Shown: piece by piece, positions 12,135-23,622 of the stretch
How positions within the stretch are numbered: the stretch's first letter is position 1
Layout of the letters: every line of letters starts with the position of its first letter
Assembly (NCBI RefSeq): GCF_002105155.1
Contig: NW_019029017.1
Coordinates: forward strand, 372,001 to 419,646
Length of the DNA: 47,646 nucleotides
Direction: 5' to 3'
Source: Lobosporangium transversale
Taxonomy: Eukaryota
Position numbers and translations under genes: made by a program
Notes under the pieces: generated by a model
Database searches by the model: none
What the model saw: the letters and a program-made list of their open reading frames with translations, nothing else
What the model was told of the DNA's origin: nothing

Positions 12135-15100
12135 TCATACCATTGCCTCGCCAATACCCTCCATGTCTTCGTACTGGCTTGTGAGGAAGTCCAGCTCCTC
12201 GGGATTTGAATGCAGCGCCTGATAAATATGGTATGGTGCTAGTAGCTTATCCGAAACTTTTGTGGTTTTGGTGCCATTAGAACCACCTTCGTTATCAGAC
12301 TCATGCATTTCATCTAATTCCATCATGATTGACTCTGGTCCTTTCTCTGCTTCGCTCTCGTCACGATAGATGCGAATAGCCTTAGTAAGGATTCGGTTCA
12401 AAAAAGCCTTTGTTGCGTGAACTAAGAGGCCTCCAACGACTGCCCTTTGTGACATCGATTCTGGCACATTCATTAAATCAGGGGCATTCAACAGCTTCTC
12501 TTGCGCCTGATCGCGATCTCGGAGTCCGTTTCTGGATCCTCCAGATCCGCCATTAAGACCACCATCTAGAAACAGCGTCTTCAATTTGAGTTCATCCATG
12601 ACAGAAAGAACCCAATCGATTTCAGAGCGTCGACTCTTATATACCTCAATTTTTTGGAATGCATCCGTCAACTGCTGTATTTTCGCCTGCTGTTCTTTTG
12701 ATGGTGTGTCCGTCGGGCTTAATGATGTTTGTGCCTGCGTAGGCGTTGTTAAGGGCACTTCACTGTCACCAATATCCAAATCCATACCCGAATCCGAGTG
12801 CTGTTGCATATCCATCACTATAATGTCGTGCTTAGAAATGGGCCGTCCATGCTGATCGACAATTCCGCAACTCTTGAGCATATCTAGTGTAAATTTGTTC
12901 TTGGAGCGCCCAACCAACAATGAAAGTAGCATTCCTTCTTCTTCCTCCACATCCTTGATGGCATAGAAACTAGGGTGATGCGGACAATTAGGGATTCTTT
13001 TTCCATTATCTTCGTTCAATAAAACAGACTCAGATATATTTCCTGCCATACCAAGTACTGCATTGCGATGCTGCTCCCAGAGCGATCCACATGCTTTGCA
13101 ATAAGAAAACGTGGTTTCCTTTGCTCTATGTCTTGTGGATACGTCGCCATTCATAGATGCAGCTCGTACTGTATCGATAGTTGATTCTAACCCATTTGGT
13201 GTCGCAGTGTTATTGCCAATGTTGCGCAAGTCGATCGATGACGTGCCTGGATGAGAGAGCGTGTTTTGTAGTTCTCTTTCATCTTCCTCCGCACCATCTG
13301 CCATTGCCACTTCTGCAGCTGAATTCAAGATTATATTATTTCGCGAGCCGGATTTGCTGGCACTGCCTTTGGATCGAGATTGGAAGGGCGTTGTAGTTAC
13401 AAAAGTCGTGTTTCTATCCAGCTCAAGATCAACATGCCTTTCTCTTCCATGTACTTGTCTTCCGCAAAGGGTTGGATCCAACTAAAATCATGAATATAGC
13501 AGTAATCATCTCTCTTTAGCCTTGAAACTACTTAGCACTCTATCGAGAAGCTGAACACACATACCAGAAAAAAAATAAAATAAAATAAAATAAAAATAGA
13601 AAAAAAAAATAAAAATAAAAATAAAAATAAAAAAATAAAACGTACAGCAAGACGGTGATACACCTCAACTGGTTTGTTCCGAACATCATGGAAGAATAAA
13701 CGGACTTTGATCTGGGTTTCGCCCCATGCGTAACGACTGAGGTGAAAAGGCGGTTCTGAGACGGTGACTATATGATTTGGCTTATAACTCTCATGAAGAT
13801 GAAATTCAACTTTGGAGACATAGGCAGTAATATCTTCCGGCTTGGGGGTGCCATCCACATAGATCATCCACTTATATGGGAATTCCCTGAGTCTAGGGTC
13901 ACGCTTGTCTTCTGGTAGATACTTGGACACATTCCCAATCACAATCCGTCTCTTGACGTAAAATCGTGACCCGACAGTATCCAGCGGCGCAGGGACTCCA
14001 GCATGAATAGCATTCGCGCCAAAAGTGATGATAGTTGGCTGAATTTGTTGTGTGTGCAGCGATTGTGGCAGTATTTCTGTATGCGGTCCTAAAATAGATG
14101 TAGCTTGAGATGAAGTAGAGGATGGTGTATTTGCAGGAAATCCTGAAATAGGCGTAAAAGATTCTAGATCATTTCGCTCAAACGGATTAACTGTAGGGTC
14201 CGTTGCTCTGGGATTTACAGTGGTCGATACCCTATTATCGGTTGTTTTGTAGGATACTGACGTTGCCTGCCGCGAAGATACGTTGGACCGCCCAGAGACG
14301 GACGCTGATGAGGGTCCTTGTGACATACTGTCGTATTTTCTCATAGGTCCTTTACCGGCGTGAGGCGGTCGAAGTGTCTCCTCACCACTGTCATTGTTAC
14401 CTTCCGTATCATCACTATCCGAACCCACCTCTGCTTTCGATCCCGGTGTCCCTTTTTGTGGACGTACAATGCTCAATGCAAGAGACGACCGCCGCCTCTT
14501 TCCAGTATGTAATTCGGATTCACCTGCAGAGGCCACATCAGAAGTATCAGATTCGCTTTCCGTTCCAGTATTTGAGGAATTGACTGACGCATCGCTGTTT
14601 TTCCGTGGCGGTTGAGACAGTGGTCCGCGGCTACTCTCACTTGCGCGATCATCATCCATTTCCAGTTCCACGTCTTCGTCATATGTTTTAATTGTCGGCT
14701 ATTGATCCGTTCATAAAATGCTTCAAGTTAATTATTAACTGTATAACATTGATACAGCGTCATATGCTTATTGATGTTCAAAGTCCATACCTTTGGAAAG
14801 TCACCCTGTCCTTGTGCGTCGCTAAGATAATTAAAGTGAACCAACAAAGTATCAGTCTGCGTCCTTCGATGTTTCGATTCAATGTCGATACGCAAAAATG
14901 ACTTGCCTTGATCCCAAAGAACTAAACACGACTTTAGTGCGGCAGGGATGGTCAGAAGGCACTTCGCTTGATGGCTTTTGTTATGTCGACAAATGGGATA
15001 TGGTTGGCATGTATCATTTAATTTCCTTAATTACATCTTTTTCCAAACTGTAGAAAAAAAAAAAAAAAAAAAAAAAAAGCTTCCAATAATTTACTTACCA

Positions 15101-16049
15101 CCACAATGCCACAAAATCGTACACCTTCAACTGTGTTTTTGAAGACAATTTTATGAGAGAGACGCATATGGTTGATGAGCCCCTGTATACTTCCAAAGTC
15201 GTATCGGTCACATTTTGGACAGCCTAGTCTATTATTTTTGATCAATTTCAAAGTTCAGTGATATTAAAATAGATCCCTTCCTTGTTAATAACGATCATTG
15301 TTATAGAGGTGGGGTAATTGTCATACTTAACAAACTGTCCATCCGCGCGGACAGCGTAAAGAGCCTCCGGTTGTCGCACGGTTTGTCCCTGATAAGCCGT
15401 CGTTCGCCTGCTCAGTCGGGCACTGGTATATTGCTGTGGATTTTGGCTTCCTGAGGTACGTGAGATTGTTGAGTTACCGTAGGGTGATCCCTGACGTTCT
15501 GTGTCGATTTAAAATGAGCAAAAGAAAAGAGCTATCAGCCATTCGTTTTTTGCCAGTCGAGTGTACATTTGATATTGTCAATGATCGGTCGAAAATAAAT
15601 ACATAATAAAAGCACTGAGTTTTCATTCGATAAAGCTCAACTTTACCGCTCAAAATAGCGTGCCGGAGATCTTCTAGCATACGCTCTGCTTTGAGGAGTT
15701 CTTGTGTTATAGTTGCTCTCTCTGCATGACGCAAAAGAATCTCAAGGTCAAATTGGTGATCAATGATGTTCACAATTTTTTGACGAGTGAGTTCTGTTTG
15801 CACATCTGGTTGTTTTGTACTTTGTCCAGAAAATGTTGGTTTTGACCCAATAGTAGCATCGGATTCAGACATGTCAGTCGGCATTCCTTTTATTGAGGAA
15901 GCTATTGTTGCCACTGTGGGAATTGATTGAAGTGCGTCAGGGCCATTCATAGTCGCCTCAGTGATGTCATTAATGCTATATGTTGGTGGCAATATAGTAT
16001 GACGATCTGTTTGAAGGAAAGCATGGTTTGTAGTAGAGAATGTGCCCAT
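12135..16049 (-). CDS. YEATS2: YEATS2-like chromatin protein: N-terminal coiled coil, Ahc1-like C2H2 finger, YEATS domain, putative C-terminal histone-fold region. Exons 16049(or 15950)-15647, 15498-15327, 15228-15099, 14974-14907, 14821-14791, 14698-13646, 13481-12135
   Basis: IIDHQFDLEILLRHAE N-terminal motif; CPKCDR..GLINHMRLSH zinc finger; YEATS core KRRIVIGNVSKY, KWMIYV, FHLHESYKPNHIVTVSEPPFHLSRYAWGET, NKPVEVYHRL; C-terminal KLLAPYHIYQAL..ELDFLT. Start codon uncertain. Confidence 0.85.
13567..13640 (+). repeat. A-rich (TAAAA/TAAAAA)n microsatellite inside a YEATS-gene intron
   Basis: Direct reading: aaaataaaataaaataaaataaaaat... across about 70 nt. Confidence 0.85.
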
Positions 16050-16061
16050 ATCACGTGATAT
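16048..16061. promoter_or_regulatory. 14-bp perfect palindrome ATATCACGTGATAT (E-box core) at the 5' end of the YEATS gene
   Basis: Self-complementary sequence read directly; TCACGTGA is a canonical bHLH-ZIP site. Function is inferred. Confidence 0.45.
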
Positions 16062-17508
16062 TTGGAAAGTTTAAATAGAGAACGGACAATGTTTCATATT
16101 TACTGAATCATGTGCTACAATAAGGGACCAAGCGTGAAGTCAAAGACAAAAAGCAGAAATAATACTCAACATGGTTGAGCTATTCAGTTTCTATAGCATT
16201 ATGGTGATTGAGAAAAGCTTTTTCGGCCGGAACCTTCCAATCTTTATCCTAATCAACGGCTTCTGGGCCCTTTGAGACACTTGGAGCGCGCTTCAGTTCC
16301 GTTGCGGAATTGAGTGATGCCCCTGTCGAGTGTGATGATACTAACTTGCTCTAGATGCACTAAATATCCTGCTCGAATATAAAGATTGAAGTGTCGAATT
16401 CTCTCGCAAGATGGATTCTATACTGCAACTAAGGCTTCTGTAAGGCTCGTCGTCATGTTGTAAGCGTGCTGGGCAAGCCTGATATGACCCCAATTTCTTC
16501 TATAGTTAGCTCTAGCTGGCTTCATCTGTCAGCAGCATGATGACAAATTTGTTTTTATGTTTCGCATGATCAACTTCTTCATAAATCCTTGTTACAATAC
16601 AAATATGTCTATGATATGCTTAAGTTAAGTACTCCGTAATTGTTGTTTGAGTTGTTGGTGGTGACTGTTGCCGTGCTGTAAACACCAAGATCAATCCTGA
16701 CTGCTATATATTGGTTCTGATCCGGGATCCATATTCAACAGGGTTCTTGCTAGCCAGCATAGTCTCATTCTCTTGAGCTTGTAGTAAATAGCAATGAGGA
16801 CAGAATGACTAGGGGGCTTCTTTATGAGAGGATGACAAAACTTTCAGTTCATACCTGTTCGCGCAGAAAATACTTGTCAGAACGTACTTCATCCTCATGT
16901 TGCCTTCATCAGTCAACTTCCTTTGCTGCGATGACTTTTCTACGGATCCATCCATGAGTTCACGCAATTGGGCTTGACGGACTTGTTACTTGCTGTCTCG
17001 CTCAAAGGCTGTTTCTGTGGGCCATAAGTTAGGAATGGTCGACCTCGAGGCCCTTGCGTATAAAGGTAAAGAGTATGCTTGGTGTATAGAAGCTCGTTCT
17101 CAGAGAACAAATAGCATGTCAGTTCATAAGGGCGTTAAGCTACATGTTCCCTTGCCGCATTAAGATCGGACAAAAAGGACTTGTGAGGGAGTATTGGAGA
17201 TCTCTGTCTTCGTAGGCGTAAAGCAACCTGATTAGATTCAACTCCCTTAAGGCGAAGAAGAAGCTATCTTTGAACAGAGAGAGTTAAATGTCCAGAACAG
17301 AGACACTTGGTGTCTTCGATTTTCTTTCTGCATCTCGAGGTAATAAAAAGTCCTTCGTGCATTCAAAACACGACGTCTATGTCTGCGCGCAACGAATCAT
17401 TCGTCGAGACCGTTAGTCTTTACTCTCTGACACTTTACCTCTTTAGCTGTACAATTCTTTTTTATTAATTTTTATTTTATTTTTAATATGTTTGTTGCCT
17501 GCCGCTTT

Positions 17509-17542
<34 letters not shown>

Positions 17543-17578
17543 AGTGCTTAATGTGTTCATCCAAGACGAAGTTGCTGC

Positions 17579-18028
17579 CTAACGAGCCTCGAATTGAACC
17601 ACTATATGATGAAATAGAGGTTGCATTTGAAGTAGAACAGCACGATTAGTCTCACATGAACATTAATCAAATACATGAATATGTCTCTCTGACAACAGCG
17701 GATCACATGGTGCTAGAATTAGAAAAAGAAGGATTTTATCCAGTCTTGCTATGTATCTGTTATATATGATGCCATTTGAGAACGAAAACAACAGCGCTGC
17801 TCGTCGGGGGAATCGAGACGTAGAGAAAAGATAGGACAAAACAAATAAAACAAACGAAAACGTACTTCGTTTGGTGCGCCTTTTATACATTATACGGTAA
17901 CCACATTCTTTGCAACGAATGGGTTCCTTAGGCTTAATTTCGTTTTCGGATCCGCACTCAGCACAGATGTATGTCATGGCGGCAGCAGGAGGTTTAGGAG
18001 CCGAGGATTGTCCAGCGTTGTAATTCAT
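17579..18028 (-). CDS. RPB12: RNA polymerases I/II/III shared subunit RPABC4. Exons 18028-17866, 17601-17579
   Basis: [35 protein letters not shown] plus spliced MVQFEAR*; Zn-ribbon CxxC...CxxC. Confidence 0.97.
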
Positions 18029-18194
18029 CTTTGCTTAATGCGAATCGTAGACAAAGAAGGAAAGAGCTGTAACATTTCTTTTGGTGTTTATGTTTGAAAA
18101 CTAACGATGAAGTTCTTTTTGTGGAAAAGAAATAGTCACAGTATTTTATTCAAGCGTATCATGTGACCTAATATTAAATGGATACTCGACAATC

Positions 18195-20227
18195 TTAGAA
18201 CTCATTGGCATAAATGCTACCATGTGTTTGGGTAGATATCATTTCATTTACTGTTCTCTGAAGAACGTTCCAGTCCTCGGCATGTGGTGTCGCCATCTAT
18301 ATGAGGGATTTACCAAAACAGTTAATCAATGCTATCCACAACATTCAAAGCATATCCCATGTCGATACGAGACATACTACGTTACCTCTCCAATATCATA
18401 AACATAAACATGGCCATCACTTGAACCAATGGCTGCATGACGACCATCCTTGCTCCAGCTCATTTTGTTCAGTGCCTTTCCTGCTCCCACAACTGTACTC
18501 ATGACTGGTACCTCTGTATCCATGTTTAAGTTCCAGACGTCAAACTTGCCGGTCCCTTCCACTGTACCAAAGATAGCAGGGTGTGTAGGCGACCACTTCA
18601 CATCATATACGTAATCATCTGCAGTCTCAAACGAGTACAGAGGATGCACAACAGAATTATCAGCCGTGGTTGTTTTAGCATGAGTTCGCTTGCGCCACAG
18701 CTTGACAGTCCAATCTACAGAGCATGTTAAGTATAGATCCGAGAAGTCCACAGGTCCGAACAAAGGATGGAAATGAAGACCAGTGACTGGGCCAAAGTGT
18801 CCCTTGTAGGAATAGGTTGCGTTGATTCCAGCTTGGCTATACGTGGGGAAAATAAGATGTTATATGGTGTCCCTTCATAAATACATCACCTAGATCTCGA
18901 TGTAACCTAAAACTAATGATGATATTATACAAACCTTCCTGCACGGGCGTATCGATTTGCCTGATATATTGCGCCTTCTTCGGTACCTACCCAGAAAGCA
19001 TTTGTCTCACCATCTGGGAAGCCGAGAGTGGTGACTGCAACCTCGTCTGTGATGTGATGAGCAGGATAGTCGAGCGAGATGGTCTCCTGTGGTTGTGCCA
19101 GCATATCCAACTGCCATGAGCACATGGTGCCATCTGTACTCACACTAATTAGATTATGTGCATTCTGCGTACCAACCATATCCATAGCATAAACAGGGTG
19201 TGTATGACCGCCCACAGAAAGATGGGTTTTGAGGATAGGCAGCGACTTGGCGCGTGTATCCCAAAGTAAGATTTGTCCGGAATAAGTGCCTCCGATAATC
19301 AAGTTCGGGTGAAAGTCAGAAAATCGAACCGTGAGAACATCTGACTGAGAGTGGAAGACAAATTCGGGTCGATCATCCAAGTGAACGTTCCAAACACAGA
19401 CAATACCATCGGGCTCGTTGACAGCCAAAGGGTTCTTATTATATGAGGATACGATCAGCTCTGGATGCTATCAAACCAGCCGGGAAAAAAAGGATGTCAG
19501 TTACTGAAGTAAACATGCAGAAAGTATATATCCTAATACCAAGCATTAGACACTACCTTGGTAGACCAACCGACATCAGTAACAGACCTGTTCTTGGACC
19601 ATTTATCGTCATGGAAGGAGCAGACAAGTCGCATCCTATTTCCGTTGAGATCCTCTCTGAACACCACAATAAAAAATAAAAATAAAAAAAAAGGTAAATT
19701 CTCAGTCCGGACGAAAGTATTGGATATAAACTTTTTTTTTTTTTTTTTTTTTTTTAATCCCTTACGCTTCGTCATCGAGTCCCAAAGTGTAATCCTTCAT
19801 AAAATCGTATTTCTCACTCATAGCTCGCTCGAGAATCTTAGAGGAGTGATCGACAAATTCAATGAACTCAGTTGACTGTAATATGGTTTTACGCTCTTCA
19901 TCAGTAAGCTCTATTATAGTCAATGGATGCATTATGTCCTTCGATTAGTGTAGGCTCCTGCGAACTACTGGCATTCTATAATTACATCCGCAGCATATAA
20001 ACATACCTGGAATCTCCTTGGGAGCAGTCTCTTCTTTAGCCAGACGCTCCGCCTCCAGTTTTTCTAAGCGCAGCTGCTCCTCCCGCGCAAACTCCTCTTT
20101 GATTTGCTCCCTGATCTCCTCCTCAGATGGCCCCTGCGCTTCGAATGAGCCTTCAACAGTCTGAACTTCCTTGTTGTAGACGACACGCTCCTAGCAGAAG
20201 GTATTACAAGATTTGTCAAAAATATTG

Positions 20228-20258
<31 letters not shown>

Positions 20259-20925
20259 AATAATTATTAACAACAGCAGCACTTCATCTACCTTTGATGG
20301 AATATCGAAGATAACAGTCTCGACAGAAGTAAACTGAGGTATGAGACGAGGCAATGCTTGTGGCAATGGTTGAGAAGCACTATAAAAAAGTTGTTTTGAA
20401 TTTAAATATTAATCAACTTTTTCTTCAACAGCTAAAGTGCCTGATAATGCACTAAAGGGACAATTCGTGAAATCTAAACAGCCTTTCATTTTTCACAGCG
20501 ACAACAAACCTTGAACTGAAAGGAGGAGAGGATATGACAGTCGTAGTGGTACTAGTACCCTTGTCTGACCCAGCATCTGAGCCTCCGTCAATAGTCGTTG
20601 TAGGAGTTGAAGGTCTATCTATGAGAGAAGAAACAAAGTCCTCGAGCTCACGACGAGTGCTAGGAGCTCCACCACTAGTAAGCTGACCAAAAAAAAGATG
20701 AAATCATCTATAGGTGTTAAGATTATAGTCCGGATGTTGTCCAAGTGGTGATGGTGGATGTAGTCAAAGCAGGTTCGCAAACAAAGGCTGAACTACTGCA
20801 AACCCAACACATACTGACTCTTTTTGCTGAGCGACTAACAATGCTCCTTTGCGCTCATCGCGTGCCCTTCTAAGCTCCGCCAGCTTCTGCCTCTTCCTTT
20901 CCAATTCTTCACGACGTCGCTCCAT
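18195..20925 (-). CDS. DYNC1I: Cytoplasmic dynein 1 intermediate chain (WD40); about 9 exons (20925-20815, 20682-20510, ~20380-20292, 20190-20007, 19909-19767, 19657-19557, 19468-18935, 18836-18386, 18297-18195)
   Basis: N-terminus MERRREELERKRQKLAELRRAR; YNKEVQT LC8-binding motif; KWSKNRSVTDVGWS, EPDGIVCVWN, GGTYSGQILLWDTR, GHTHPVY, VGTQNAHNLISVSTDG, DFSDLYLTCSVDWTVKLW, YVYDVKWSPTHPAIF. Confidence 0.95.
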
Positions 20926-21270
20926 CTAGGCTGAATGTTTCTTAGGGATGGCCTAGGACTTTTTTACGATGATATCGGATAAGGTAAATGAATTTTAATT
21001 TGTGGATGTCGTTGACTGCGGCGATCGGAGCAATATAAACGTGAGAAGGGGGAGTATAAAGATGTGGATACGTCCGAGTTGCAGTTGATGAGTTGCAGAA
21101 TGTGAAAAGGTTAAAATGAGGAGTTGGGGTGATAAAGGAGTACGACCCAAAAAAAAAAAAAAAAAAAAAGAATAAGGGCTTGATCCCGAAGTCACGCTGT
21201 CCTTGCACATGCTTTCGCGTGATATAAAATTATTAGTCTTAATTAAGATACACTTTTTATTTCATATGCA

Positions 21271-23342
21271 TTACTGGGCATGAGTGCTAGTGCTAGTTCT
21301 GGTATTGGTGCTATTGGCCTTCGCGACAGGCGATGATCTCCTTGATATTGGTAATGATGGAGCTGAGGGCGTATACTGTGTCATGTTAGAAGCAGCATTA
21401 CTGGAAGCATATGCAAGGATCCACTACATTGTGTCACATACCCAAGAACCTGGTTAATTCAGACTTCTATGGCATTTTTTGACATCATTTTATAAAATAT
21501 AGCTTACTTTGGTATTGGTGAGTGTATATTTCAAGGCACGGGTCCATGTCTCGCCCTGACTGAACTGAAGCTTGATGGAAGCATCGCCAATACGGTCCTT
21601 GTTAATCCTTGTTAAGTATTCATTAGAAACAATATCGGTCAAACAACTGAATGAAACCCCATCCAATATCATGTCAAGTACACACCCATACTGGAGACAT
21701 ACTTATAGGGGAGCTCTAGCTTCGGACCCTGCTGCTCCGCATAGTCTCCAAGTTGCTGTAGACAGTTCAGAAATGCCACCATTGCATTATCGAATCTTCT
21801 ATTCAGGAACACCCGTCCTATTGCAAACTCTCCTGATCCATAAAGCTCGTAGCTTGCACGATCACCCTCAATCTTATCTATACGAGAAAATGATCCCAAT
21901 GGCACAAGTCGATAGGTTTTGAAAGTAAAGTTGAGCTTGTTGGCAATCGTATGGAGCATCAGTAGAGTTTGCCCCCAAGCAGCATTAATTTCGGGCCAGT
22001 CTACGGGCTGTGTTGGTAATCTTCCCAGTCTAAATCCGTTAATTGTGGCGAACTGTCCATCGTAACCTATACAAAATGTGTCATTATAGACATTCGTCTT
22101 ATGCAACTTTTCAAGCTGCCTTGCATCATAGTCGTACTTGAGATTAACACTGTCTCTTTCATTATGGAATGACTGGAGCGCAAGTTGGAGATCATTGCAC
22201 TCTTGCCAATATCTATTACATAAATAAAGTCATTTGCCCAATTCTTAGCCTTACATGTAAAAAAAAAAAAAAAAAAAAAAAAGGCTAAATCCCACATACC
22301 TTTCTTCCTCCTTATCTAAAGCCAATGACTCCTGCTCCAACATAGCAATTTCATCGCGCACAGCCCTTTGCTGATCCTCAATATCACGTAGAGCCTGAAT
22401 AGAGGCACTCTCATCCAATTGAATCTGCTTGATTTCATTTTCAAGTGCCTCCATTTCTCCGTCACTTGCCACGTTCGAATTGACAGTACGCAAGAAATCG
22501 ATATAGCAATCGCGTTCTCGTGAGATATCTTGGAGCTGTTTCGCTAGTGAGTCTAGCAACATCTCTGTACACTCATTACACAAGGGATGGTCGATATCCG
22601 ACTTTGCAGACATCAAATCAAAAAGCTTCCCTGTCGTGCGCAGTCGGTTGGCCTTACTTGCCCTGTCTGTCGTAGACAAAATTTCGAGCCCGTCGTTCGC
22701 TCCGTTGTTAGATGATTTAATTCGACTATTAGGCCCTCCTATGCTTGAGCTATAACCCTCATTCAACAACGAGTCATAGGCACCGCTCACATTACTGCCA
22801 GTATGCAATTTAATCCCTTGGCCGCCCACTGAAGAGTTAATAGATCCTCTGGAGTTATATGGTTGGTGGTTGAGATGCTGAAGATGAGACAAATCAGATG
22901 AGCTCCCTTTTGAAAGCATGATAAAAGATTCGGCTGCATCCACAGACTGGTGAGATAAGGATGAGTCCTGGTTGCTGATCCTAGTGCTGGAAGGATGGAC
23001 ATTTGGTGGGATTGTACGAGTGAACATTGCTGAAGTCTCTCCCGAAGAGCCTCCCAGTTTCCGTTGCGTACCAGGAATAGTCTGTCGATCACCTGCCACA
23101 ATAGAGCTATGTCCATGTTGGTCCGACAAGGGGCCTGAGCTTCCACGCAATATTCAATGCACTCGATTAGCTCTTGTGAACATAGAACAGATGCAAAACA
23201 ATGCTCAGATACATATAGTAGTTCCTGCGTTACCGAGCAGCAAGTCAAAAGCGGCTGAGTTAATGTCCTGCAGCGATTCATCAATTGTCAGTTGCTGGTT
23301 GCATTTTTGGCATACAAAGAGTCGAGCAGACGACGTAGACAT
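21271..23342 (-). CDS. ATG6: Beclin-1 / Atg6 / Vps30 (class III PI3K complex subunit), multi-exon
   Basis: FVCQKCNQQLTIDESL N-terminus, ESFIML, IDHPLCNECTEML, LEKLHKTNVYNDTFCI, FATINGFRLGRLP, VDWPEINAAWGQ, YRLVPLGSFSRI, RFDNAMVAFLNCLQQ, WTRALKYTLTNTK-WILAY. Confidence 0.95.
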
Positions 23343-23622
23343 GATGATAAAGATAATAATTAACAAACTTTAATTCCTGAATTCTGTCAGAAATGTAGCG
23401 ATGAGAAATAAAGACGAGAATGATGGGGGAAAGAACATGCATTGATCGTGGTTCAAACTTTTTTTTGTTCATTTGGCACCTGACTAATTTCTAGATGTCG
23501 TCAAATGTGTTTTTATTTAGAAATCATATTGTACAGGTATAGGTTATGACCAAGTTGAAAGATGGCCAAAAAAGGGTTGTCTTAATAGTAATCAGCTTTT
23601 TGAAAAGGCATGAATATAAACT

